Of a stretch of DNA of 64,000 bases, positions 46,601 to 52,929 are shown one piece after another. This DNA is from an uncultured Candidatus Saccharibacteria bacterium (GTDB lineage Bacteria > Patescibacteriota > Saccharimonadia > Saccharimonadales > JACDBH01). Position 1 is the first letter of the stretch. The number at the start of each line of letters is the position of its first letter. The stretch is from the NCBI GenBank assembly GCA_964644965.1, contig CAZXYN010000004.1, forward strand, positions 6,190 to 70,189, read 5' to 3'. The translations under genes and the position numbers were made by a program. The notes under the pieces were generated by a model that searched no databases, was not told where the DNA came from, and saw nothing but the letters and a program-made list of their open reading frames with translations.

Positions 46601-47350
46601 AAGACCCGTACAGTTGCCGCTGGTCAGACAAATCGTACCGTCCGCATTCGGCAATGTTATGGTTCTGTTGGCGGTTGGGTCGGTAATGGCAAGTGTGGTG
46701 GTAAAACTATCGTCAGTAGCCCCCTGGAATGCCAACGGAGACGCACCCAGTAGCTGGGACGTAACTGTCAGGCGGTCAGAGGTAGCATTGCCAATAGTAG
46801 CATTGCCACCGATGCTCAGCGAACCGCCTGCCGTGATGCTACCAGTAATATCAATATCACCAGTCTGGGCCACGCTCGGGCTAAGCTGTAGGAAATCGCT
46901 GGCATCCAGCCCGTCCAACCGATCGGCATTGAACGCGTATGGGCTAGCTGTCAGCTGGATACGCGGCGACATCTCGCCGTCTGGGTCGGAGTTAAACGTA
47001 ATACCTAAGAAGATGTTATCGGTGTTAAAGTCCACACTCCCAGGCAGCGCCGTCGAGCTCCCGAGGTTATGATGAAAAATACCATCAGTTACATCTATGT
47101 TAACCGTCTCTGACCAGGTAGAGCTACCGCCGCTAGATAGTGTGTAGAGCTGAAACACAAATTGATAATTACCATCAGCGACATTCAGCCCTTGATCATC
47201 AGTCATCTTCCCTTGGAAATTGATGGTTTTGTTTATACCAGGCGCTGCTTGAGTCATCATTGTTTTTTGCACAACGAATAATATTGCAAATACCCCTATG
47301 GCTGCGAGTATTGCAAGAAGTGTATATTGACGTGTGCCAATTCTACCCAA
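40661..47350 (-). CDS. Giant (2229 aa) N-terminally anchored tail-fibre-like protein with a Gly-rich beta-helix/fibre region and an internal Peptidase_S74 (endosialidase chaperone) domain
   Basis: An N-terminal TM segment is followed by the module INFQGKMTDDQGLNVADGNYQFVFQLY...SPYAFNADRLDGLDASDFLQ. The module ILQGGNSFGG..MTIGTNDNYALNLETNN occurs three times. The S74 match is TSLRKYKENISNLSLDLTTLRQLRPVEYDWKD...HELGFIAEEVEAVNPML...GVKYNLLTSLL. The start codon is TTG. Confidence 0.85.
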   Translation of the reverse strand: MGRIGTRQYTLLAILAAIGVFAILFVVQKTMMTQAAPGINKTINFQGKMTDDQGLNVADGNYQFVFQLYTLSSGGSSTWSETVNIDVTDGIFHHNLGSSTALPGSVDFNTDNIFLGITFNSDPDGEMSPRIQLTASPYAFNADRLDGLDASDFLQLSPSVAQTGDIDITGSITAGGSLSIGGNATIGNATSDRLTVTSQLLGASPLAFQGATDDSFTTTLAITDPTANRTITLPNADGTICLTSGNCTGLGGMGDILQGGNSFGGAMTIGTNDNYALNLETNNTTYFTLTTAGVLQGSNGATLSVPGTGNESQKFGLGAVASGSSSLAVGHSATASGNSSTAIGHNTTANSAQAIAIGDGASATGNLAIALGSGASATGGGSISIGYLAQALQGNGSVVIGDQAIVGAGHYGSMAIGGQAATTASRQVVIGGDQTYGTRNVFIGRGVNSATPDSLVTIQTTGGLGTDIQGSNIAIASGRSTGNLAGGDILFQTSDAGATGATLRNLSTKMIILGSGNVGIGITTPASRLSVVGANGAMLQATAATSSSTGGSSPTTNWLRAPSGAVTVFIGDHTATNGLGVNDNSGNIRFNGRDVAWGDFGYYPTAGATGFGQFRLSTAGTSISTTPNAKLGVGSLYSAGSIGINETNPTKMLTIRSDTASEGILVTGSGDKQISLQRFGNLEGRLQAVSGDLLKINAPSGAGDIMTFNLSTGNVGIGTAAPSETLDINGNVRIRGTELKIATNVLTIAPATGANYGLNIYPTSDHVYLNRSTASTGANQIRIYDQNFQVAGRLSGEFSVADRQYNESFFRAIAGSNASNYRVIVQAGSGQTHDIFGIRANGSSTNDFMAVNNVGNVGIGAASPGARLHVNAVSGTAIGLIVNSGTSTGNILQLQDNGTGVMMVADGGAALFQNTTNSTTAFQVLNAAGTGNVFNVDTTNQRVGLGTSSPQARLEIVQTAQGSAQGIRLVENTTVTSLYNSNGGQTHLTTNQNNFVISSTGAASNTMIQGTGDVYVTGGTAGGGSRGVFIQSSNATAIRVYGSNEGRRVSFSNNNPQDLGARINVTTDANGTLGMVIRGNSGQTADLLQMQNNSGTALSGFNSSGNLFFANNSFTGTILMDTLSANRTFTIPAVTGNDTFCLVNLANCGGGGGSGDILQGGNNLGGTTAMSLGTINNGDLNLITNNITRLTIDASGNTNINGNTAINNGGLGVSGITDSTSGVSLISGHLDVNPASPPVGPAFYVGVQGNVMSSSANVNGDTILAGIGGDVTYSGSASLGTAVGAGGRVTNSGSGTINEAEGFTAQIMNTGSGTINSAFGLSALSPIVSAGAITNAYGLYIHPQSVSGVGTGYGIYQAGTTDINIFNGPTTFGASGTALTVSNDAVINGTLSVGTLGTADTAILVCRNTSNQLAACNTTGAGAVFVQGGNSFTAPMTIGTNDAYGLNLETSGTTRLAISSTGAGTYSGTLDVSSAVNASGQTLAVTTTSTATTGAIYGMNTSVTASPGSISSAQYTGFRNFASSASANLGSAWLVGGRGEVSYTGAGTLNIAVGLQSTGFVSASSTVTRYLSVLVEAPTVSSGGTITNSVGVAISNQNPARTTNQIGLWLANNVYAQPSGDWAIYSESTDASYLAGAMTVNGQLAVGTSDTTGTLLVLDTKTNSGDPSGVNGGLYYNSNAGKFRCYEAGSWANCITSTSVGGDLSGTTSSATVAKINGATLGTTTASSGNILVADGSQWVTRALSGAATISSTGVLTLASNSVSNTNLTAGSYSKITGLGAVTSGSIASGFGSIATANAISGSTLQANEGLALGSGAAINATHLGRNSLQIMTDTNYGGTLDAHSGALMYSTMTGGWGDAQLHFAISNNWGSYNTGTAAFSITNSGVFAAGGVFGNSGVVAAGSSNVHYGGTSGVSATGACRSATPGIFGFALGHCTSLRKYKENISNLSLDLTTLRQLRPVEYDWKDPTMGGHELGFIAEEVEAVNPMLAEYSSGELSGVKYNLLTSLLTKSVQQLDVQVQQNAATLNVAVQKNLSQDVSILNISGQLSSVSGQTSGLISSVSGIQSQLSNGEFVNLNISGQATIQNLTVVGNLSVGNTLTVANRIITKNLTITGHIKTAGTQPIAVLGSSITASDVTITISGNDSSGTVRLTTGATAVLSAEYLAQINFAQSFDGVPRVMLSPANAAAVKSTIYVDSDSISLSDFKLESIDNLEPNTTYILNYWIVE

Positions 47351-47453
47351 TGCGAGAGTCCCTATGCAAAATTACTACTTATGTTTATTGTAGCAAACAT
47401 AAGCCGAATACAACAGATAATGACTCTCTGTTGTGGAAGACTTTTTAGGCCAA

Positions 47454-48371
47454 TTAGTTACGCGTAACTGGTCTTTTTCGGTATAAAATGAACATATAGA
47501 GTACAATTGCAGAACTAATAAGAATTAGCACGCCCACACCTACTTTACCAAGATACCAGTAGTGTGTGGTTGTTATAGTAGTCTGCTCTTTGCCGTCAAA
47601 TCGCCATTCTGTCTTGAGTGTATACCGACCTGGCAGCCATGGCTGGCTCACAGACTGGAATGGAGTGTCATATATTCGGTAAGTATCGGGCAATATGTAG
47701 CCTGATGCTTCGTTGATTACGCCACGTGACACTATAGAATTAAACGGCCCCGTGAGCGTAGTTGTGCCCCTTGGTACGACATGGGTATTGCCTACGTTAT
47801 GAAACCTTAGATCTGCACTACTTGGTAGGCTTACGAGCGAGTTGTTCGCTTTTATGCTGTCTAATTCTAGTTCGAGCGTCTCTCCACCGTATTTTTTGAG
47901 CAGAACAAGGGTACTGGCAGCTGGAAGCGTCTCTACGCTCTCGGTATTTAATTGTCCGACTTTTGTAGACGAAACAACAACAGCGCCGTAATGCCCACCA
48001 GGACTCAGCGAATCTTCGTTTTTAATGGTCACCCTAACTTCCTCTGTCTTTCCTGGCTCTAGTCTGACCTGAGTTTTATCAAGACTCATCCACTTACTGA
48101 GTCCATAGGTAGTTGTTTCTTGGCCAGTGCGCCCTAGGAACGCCACACCACCAGATTCGTCCAGCGCGCCAAAATCAAGCGTCGATAGCTTAAATTCGGT
48201 CGCCAACTCCGTAGTGTTGGCAATTGTTACACTAAAACTCACTTGCTCGTCGGACTCACGAAGCTCTACCTCTTGTATGGCTGGGGCAATGCCGATTCCA
48301 CTGGCCGCGAAAACCGATGGACTTATCGTCAAGAACACTAATCCTAAGACCAGCGCTAGCTTACGCTTCAC
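47454..48371 (-). CDS. DUF916/DUF3324-like (CscA-type) cell-surface protein with a C-terminal TM anchor, paralogue 2
   Basis: The likely start is GTG at 48371 ((M)KRKLALVLGLVFLTISPSVFA, a signal peptide), which overlaps the upstream stop by 11 nt; the ORF-track start at 48446 would overlap by 86 nt. Motifs are GGHYGAVVV, GRYTLKTEW and the C-terminal TM segment VGVLILISSAIVLYMFILY. Confidence 0.75.
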   Translation of the reverse strand: MKRKLALVLGLVFLTISPSVFAASGIGIAPAIQEVELRESDEQVSFSVTIANTTELATEFKLSTLDFGALDESGGVAFLGRTGQETTTYGLSKWMSLDKTQVRLEPGKTEEVRVTIKNEDSLSPGGHYGAVVVSSTKVGQLNTESVETLPAASTLVLLKKYGGETLELELDSIKANNSLVSLPSSADLRFHNVGNTHVVPRGTTTLTGPFNSIVSRGVINEASGYILPDTYRIYDTPFQSVSQPWLPGRYTLKTEWRFDGKEQTTITTTHYWYLGKVGVGVLILISSAIVLYMFILYRKRPVTRN

Positions 48372-49446
48372 CCGTAGGTTCCTTTGGTTTAGCTGGTTTC
48401 TTCTTTGGTAGCTTCTTTTTGCCCAAACCGAACAAATTACGAGCAATCATATAGATACCGGCTAGCAGAATGGTCGCTAATATTAATCCAAAGAATATAA
48501 TTCGCCATGGTATAACCCAGAATGTCAGCACCGCCTCTATTGGCACATCCTTTTCTCCGTCATCATAGGCCATGAGTAGCGTCGCCTTGTACTTACCGAA
48601 TCTTAGCTTGCCCAAGTTAGACAAATCCCAATTGAGCTTAGTCTTGGGTGTACCATCGCTGTTTGTAACAACTTTGCCATTTTCCTCTATAACTTCGTAG
48701 ACTGGAAAACCGTCTGACCAACTAGCTCGGAAAATTCTAGACGAGTCGGGCAAGATGTTACCACGAGCATCGTTAACGTCAAGCACAGCAATTTCCTCAT
48801 TGCCTTTGGTGATAAAAATACTACCAGATGGAATTAAGTGGATGTTACCACTATTTTTGAGACTGACTTCAAACTCTGCTGGCAGGAATTCGTAGACTGA
48901 TCTACCAACCTTAAACTCATTTATTTCTACCTTACGTAGAGCATACGGCACTTTTACGTCTAGTAGCACCAGTATGGCCGTGCCACCCTCGAGACTTGCA
49001 CCCTGGTCAGTTGCATCAGTGGCCTGTGCACGCGTGAAAGTAACAGCGTAGTAATAGCCCAAGCCCGCTTCTGGTGGCACATCTATTGTCATCACGATCG
49101 TCTGCCAGACATTCGGTTCCGCCACAAACTGATCCTGCGAGAAGCTAACCCAGTCAAAATAATCATCACCTGGCTCACGGTCTGCTAGCCGCGGCTGTCC
49201 GCTATCATTATTGGCTCCAAACTTTAGCAGACCCACCTGCAAGTTTTCTGTCGCTGTACCACTGTTTTTTATTCGCAGTTCTGTAGTGACAGTAGTGCCT
49301 GGATCGGTAGATATGTTAATCGGCAGCGGCGAAGTAGTAAGGTTCAGAGAGCCATCATCTGATTGAGCCTGAGCTGACCCAAATGGATATAGGCCAGCAA
49401 TCACAATCAGGCCGGCTAGTATCAGTAGGATTCCCCTCTTTACCAT
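48361..49446 (-). CDS. DUF916/DUF3324-like (CscA-type) cell-surface protein with a C-terminal TM anchor, paralogue 1
   Basis: A signal peptide is followed by LNLTTSPLPINISTDPGTTVTTELRIKNSG, then GLGYYYAVTF, then FGKYKATLLMAY. A C-terminal TM segment and a KKK tail close the protein. The family call comes from pattern memory. Confidence 0.75.
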   Translation of the reverse strand: MVKRGILLILAGLIVIAGLYPFGSAQAQSDDGSLNLTTSPLPINISTDPGTTVTTELRIKNSGTATENLQVGLLKFGANNDSGQPRLADREPGDDYFDWVSFSQDQFVAEPNVWQTIVMTIDVPPEAGLGYYYAVTFTRAQATDATDQGASLEGGTAILVLLDVKVPYALRKVEINEFKVGRSVYEFLPAEFEVSLKNSGNIHLIPSGSIFITKGNEEIAVLDVNDARGNILPDSSRIFRASWSDGFPVYEVIEENGKVVTNSDGTPKTKLNWDLSNLGKLRFGKYKATLLMAYDDGEKDVPIEAVLTFWVIPWRIIFFGLILATILLAGIYMIARNLFGLGKKKLPKKKPAKPKEPTGEA

Positions 49447-49504
49447 CTTATGCTTAATTATAGCAGTTCAGGCACTTTATGCCCGAAACCATCAACCACA
49501 TCCC

Positions 49505-50245
49505 AAATTTTCAAAGGCCAGGCCTTTTACAGATGAGAAAATTACAAGTTTGCCAATTCGTGCTTGAGTTCGCCCAACATATTTCTGTTTTCTTCGTAGT
49601 CAGATACAAACTCCAGGTAAGCCTCTCGGCTGGCGTGTTGCTGTATCACCCTTTTGGTTTGAAGCCATTCTGGTTCGCTCGCATTGCGTATATGACTAAT
49701 GCTTGAGTATGGAAATCTTTTCCAGCTACGAGGATTAAGGTGTATATACCTTGAAACGTGCAATAAATAGGCATCCCTACTGATAATCGCTGCTTTGAAT
49801 CTATTCTCAAACAAAGGACCCGTACGCTCGTATTTGTGGTTGAAGTACGTCGAATAAGCCACCATGACGCTTTTCATTAACTGAGACAAAGTTCCCTGCG
49901 TTGCTTGATAAAACAACAGATGAAAATGATTATCCATCAAGCAATAAGTCAGAAGCTCCAGATCACCTCTGTAATGTGGATAGGTATAGTTTTGTTTATT
50001 GGTTACGGGTTTGATCGACAGGTGTCTGGACAGAAGGTATAGGAAATAATCCTTATCTGCAGCTTCGCGGAAGATAAGTCCCTTTGCTGCACCCCTGGCA
50101 TAGACATGATAATAGCTGTCCCCGGTGTCAAAACGTACTGTATTCCTCGACGGCATAGGCAAATTATAGAGAAATCGACAAAACTTGTAAATCACCTATC
50201 TGTAAAAGGCCAGGCCTTTTACAGATAGGGTTTTTGCAAGTTTTT
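49505..50245 (-). mobile_element. RAYT unit: REP-associated tyrosine transposase gene bracketed by REP palindromes
   Basis: The REP core AAAGGCCAGGCCTTT lies at 49513-49527, immediately 3' of the gene. The full 35-bp palindrome CCTATCTGTAAAAGGCCAGGCCTTTTACAGATAGG lies at 50195-50229, 5' of the gene. Confidence 0.8.
49542..50156 (-). CDS. REP-associated tyrosine transposase (RAYT; IS200/Y1-transposase-like)
   Basis: The likely start is the ATG at 50156 (MPSRNTVRF...). The HUH motif is LMDNHFHLLF, followed by TGPLFENRFKAAIISRDAYLLHVSRYIHLNP, which carries the catalytic Tyr. Confidence 0.85.
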   Translation of the reverse strand: MPSRNTVRFDTGDSYYHVYARGAAKGLIFREAADKDYFLYLLSRHLSIKPVTNKQNYTYPHYRGDLELLTYCLMDNHFHLLFYQATQGTLSQLMKSVMVAYSTYFNHKYERTGPLFENRFKAAIISRDAYLLHVSRYIHLNPRSWKRFPYSSISHIRNASEPEWLQTKRVIQQHASREAYLEFVSDYEENRNMLGELKHELANL

Positions 50246-50279
50246 ATATGGTGTATAAAAGCTCCTGCGAAGCGAGCTC

Positions 50280-51326
50280 CTAGAAGGAGCCAGCACCGAT
50301 GATAGTCCAGGTGTCAGTATAATCAATACCGGCCGGTGTCATAGTGTTAATAGAAGCCTTGCCGCGCAGAGTCAAAACATCACCATTGGCAGTGCCGTTA
50401 GCTGAAGCAATCTGTCGATAGGCTGTATCTAGGCCGGAGCCGTTGTTATCAGCACCAGTTCCAGCATAAGCAGGCACAACAGTCACTGCTCCACCACCAC
50501 CAGCATCAGTTGCCTGTACCCCAAGCACGTAGCCCTCTGTATTGGTCGCCAGAGACGCCGCAGAACCAGGAGTTGTAGAGTTAATCGTCTTACCAGCAGC
50601 CGCAGAGTTTAGACCAGTGTTAGAGTCACGAGCCCACGCAACCCACCCCTGTGTGGCGTTGGTCGTGATAGTTACGGTTCGCGGGGTTGTCTGTACTACA
50701 GCTGCAGAGTCGAGGTTTGTTACGAAGCTTGTGCTGTTAGCGTCCAGCACGAAGTTAAATGATGGTGGCACAATAGCGTTTACAATAATTTGGTCATCAG
50801 CAATGGTTCGCACACCAATCACGGTGTTATCAATTTGCGCATCACCTGATGTTTGGGTCTCGACAGTTAATGAGTAAATTCCAGAGGTTGGGTTGGTGAC
50901 AGGATCATTGGTAGCTGTCCGGTCGATGTCTACACAGTAAGTGGTAGTGGCAAATAAGTTAGTAACGCCAGTAATTGTGATGTTCTTAGAGCTAGCAGTG
51001 TTGCTACCTGTGGCAACGAGTGTACCTGGTAAGCTAGTGGCGCCACAACTACTGGCAGTTGCAGTCAAGCCACTAGTAGCGATAGTGTAAGCATCTGGGA
51101 ATCCAATCCGCACTTTTGCCTCAGTACCGACGTTGCCCGATGGCACTGTGAAGGTGAGTCGGAAGGTGCTAGCAGAGGTCGCGCGCATGCGATTAAAGCG
51201 AATTGATGTGCCAGTCAAACCAGCCGCATCGATCCTGAAACCACTAGTTATCAAGATTGTTAACACCACAAACAGCAATGCCCCAAAGAGCCGAATTTTC
51301 TGAATGGTGTTTATTTTATCTGTCAC
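50280..51326 (-). CDS. Secreted WxL-like surface protein, paralogue A (348 aa)
   Basis: It has a signal peptide. The internal stretch TVTITTNATQGWVAWARDS and the C-terminal IDYTDTWTIIGAGSF resemble the two WxL motifs of Firmicute CscB/C proteins. It is about 85% identical to paralogue B. The start codon is GTG. Confidence 0.75.
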   Translation of the reverse strand: MTDKINTIQKIRLFGALLFVVLTILITSGFRIDAAGLTGTSIRFNRMRATSASTFRLTFTVPSGNVGTEAKVRIGFPDAYTIATSGLTATASSCGATSLPGTLVATGSNTASSKNITITGVTNLFATTTYCVDIDRTATNDPVTNPTSGIYSLTVETQTSGDAQIDNTVIGVRTIADDQIIVNAIVPPSFNFVLDANSTSFVTNLDSAAVVQTTPRTVTITTNATQGWVAWARDSNTGLNSAAAGKTINSTTPGSAASLATNTEGYVLGVQATDAGGGGAVTVVPAYAGTGADNNGSGLDTAYRQIASANGTANGDVLTLRGKASINTMTPAGIDYTDTWTIIGAGSF

Positions 51327-51367
51327 GTTCGTATCATCGAACCTTTTTTGTTTTAGAATTTGCTCTA

Positions 51368-51396
51368 AGCATAAGAAAAAAAGCCAAAACTGTCAA
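51368..51396 (-). promoter_or_regulatory. Promoter TTGACA-17-TATGCT for paralogue A
   Basis: The minus strand reads TTGACAgttttggctttttttctTATGCT. Confidence 0.5.
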
Positions 51397-51506
51397 TAGA
51401 GGTAGCCCAGATAACCCCCAAACCTGTGTATAACTCTGAAACAGCCTTTTCATAACCAACATCAAGCACTTTTTCCTGGCCAAGACTACCTGCTGCTATA
51501 CAGCAG

Positions 51507-51573
51507 GTAAAAGTGTAAAACCTCTATCTGTAAAAGGCCTGGCCTTTTACAGATAGGACTTTCGCAAGTTTTT
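51507..51573. repeat. REP copy (core CTATCTGTAAAAGGCCTGGCCTTTTACAGATAG at 51524-51556)
   Basis: This is a 33-bp perfect palindrome with the family flank CGCAAGTTTTT. It lies downstream of paralogue B. Confidence 0.8.
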
Positions 51574-51788
51574 GTATTACCACTGTTAAGTGGCTTTTTT
51601 GAGCCAAGGGTAATCCCCGTCAAGATGGGGTCTCCATTTAGGAGGCGTATAAACAGGTTCTGCTTATCAGAGACGAGTTTTCAAGCGATTTCGCAGACAG
51701 GAACTACCATAATCAAGCGGTGATTTTGGGAGCACAGGTATCCGCCTGAGATGTGCCACCAAAATTAGCGCGCGCTATAGATTGGCTC

Positions 51789-52820
51789 CTAGAAGGAGCC
51801 AGCACCAATAATGGTCCAGGTGTCCGTGTAATCAACACCCGCCGGCGTCATAGTAGTAATCCCAGCCTTACCCCGCAGAGTCAAAACATCACCATTGGCA
51901 GTGCCGTTAGCGCTGGCGATTTGCCGATAAGTTCCATCAAGTCCAGAGCCATTATCATCACCTGCACCGCCTGCATATGCCGCCGTTATGGTTAGCGATC
52001 CGCCACCGCCTGCATCTGTTCCGGTCACACCCAAGACATAGCCTTCTGTGCCTGGCGTCAGCGTAGCGCCAGTGCCCGGAGTGGTTGACGCCACCGTATG
52101 TCCAGCCGCAGCAGATGTCAGCCCAGTGTTAGAGTCACGAGCCCAAGCAATCCAACCCTGTGTGGCGTTGGTCGTGATAGTTACGGTTCGCGGGGTTGTC
52201 ATGATAATGTCGCCAGTATCAAGATTACTGACAAAGCTAGTACTGTTAGCGTCTAGTACGAAGTTAAAGCTTGGCGGCACAATCGCACTAACCACGATTT
52301 GATCGTCAGCAATTACCCGTACACCAATAACACTGTAGTCAATCTGGACATCTCCCGACGTCTGGGTCTCGACATTCAGCGAATATATTCCGGAGGTTGG
52401 GTTGGTAACAGGATCGTTGGTAGCTGTTCGGTCGATATCTACGCAGTAGGTAGTAGTGGCTGATAGATTGGTCACCCCAGTGATTGTAATATTCTTTGAG
52501 CTGGCGGTGTTACTTCCTGTGGCAGCTAGTGTGCCTGGCAAGCTAGTGGCGCCACAACTACTGGCAGTTGCCGTCAAACCAGTGGTAGCAACGGTGTAAG
52601 CATCCGGGAATCCAATCCGAACCTTGGCTTCTGTTCCTACATTTCCGGATGGCACCGTGAAGGTAAGTCGAAAAGTGCTGGCTGTTGATGCCCGCATGCG
52701 ATTAAAGCGAATTGATGTGCCAGTCAAACCAGCGGCTTCAATCTGCACACCGCTGCTTGATAACACCACTGTGAAGGCAAATAAAATTACCCCTAGTAAT
52801 CGAAATCTACGTTCCCGCAA
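51789..52820 (-). CDS. Secreted WxL-like surface protein, paralogue B (343 aa)
   Basis: The start codon is TTG, preceded by an AAGGAG RBS. The domain layout matches paralogue A, and the C-terminus is VDYTDTWTIIGAGSF. Confidence 0.75.
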   Translation of the reverse strand: MRERRFRLLGVILFAFTVVLSSSGVQIEAAGLTGTSIRFNRMRASTASTFRLTFTVPSGNVGTEAKVRIGFPDAYTVATTGLTATASSCGATSLPGTLAATGSNTASSKNITITGVTNLSATTTYCVDIDRTATNDPVTNPTSGIYSLNVETQTSGDVQIDYSVIGVRVIADDQIVVSAIVPPSFNFVLDANSTSFVSNLDTGDIIMTTPRTVTITTNATQGWIAWARDSNTGLTSAAAGHTVASTTPGTGATLTPGTEGYVLGVTGTDAGGGGSLTITAAYAGGAGDDNGSGLDGTYRQIASANGTANGDVLTLRGKAGITTMTPAGVDYTDTWTIIGAGSF

Positions 52821-52879
52821 GTTGTCTCCTTGTCTACACGTGCGTCACCCAAGATACGGGTACACAACGACTTACAATA

Positions 52880-52908
52880 AGCATAAGTGTAGAACAGCGT
52901 AACGTCAA
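52880..52908 (-). promoter_or_regulatory. Promoter TTGACG-17-TATGCT for paralogue B
   Basis: The minus strand reads TTGACGttacgctgttctacactTATGCT. Confidence 0.5.
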
Positions 52909-52929
52909 TCACTTTTCACTGTTTTTTAT

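Noticed and set aside
40695-47072. Many plus-strand ORFs of 60-180 aa inside the giant genes (for example 46530-47072 and 45120-45545, and similarly 31322-38951, 4846-7190 and 17536-18060).
   Set aside because: They are antisense to long, motif-rich minus-strand genes and have low-complexity Pro/Ser/Val/Ala-rich translations. They lack RBSs. This is typical of shadow ORFs opposite Gly/Thr/Ser-rich coding sequence.
50280-52820. A diversity-generating retroelement (template and variable repeat pair) as the explanation for the two near-identical WxL-like genes.
   Set aside because: There is no reverse transcriptase in the window. The differences are not confined to adenine positions of one copy. 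Both copies are full-length genes with their own promoters. Ordinary tandem duplication fits better.
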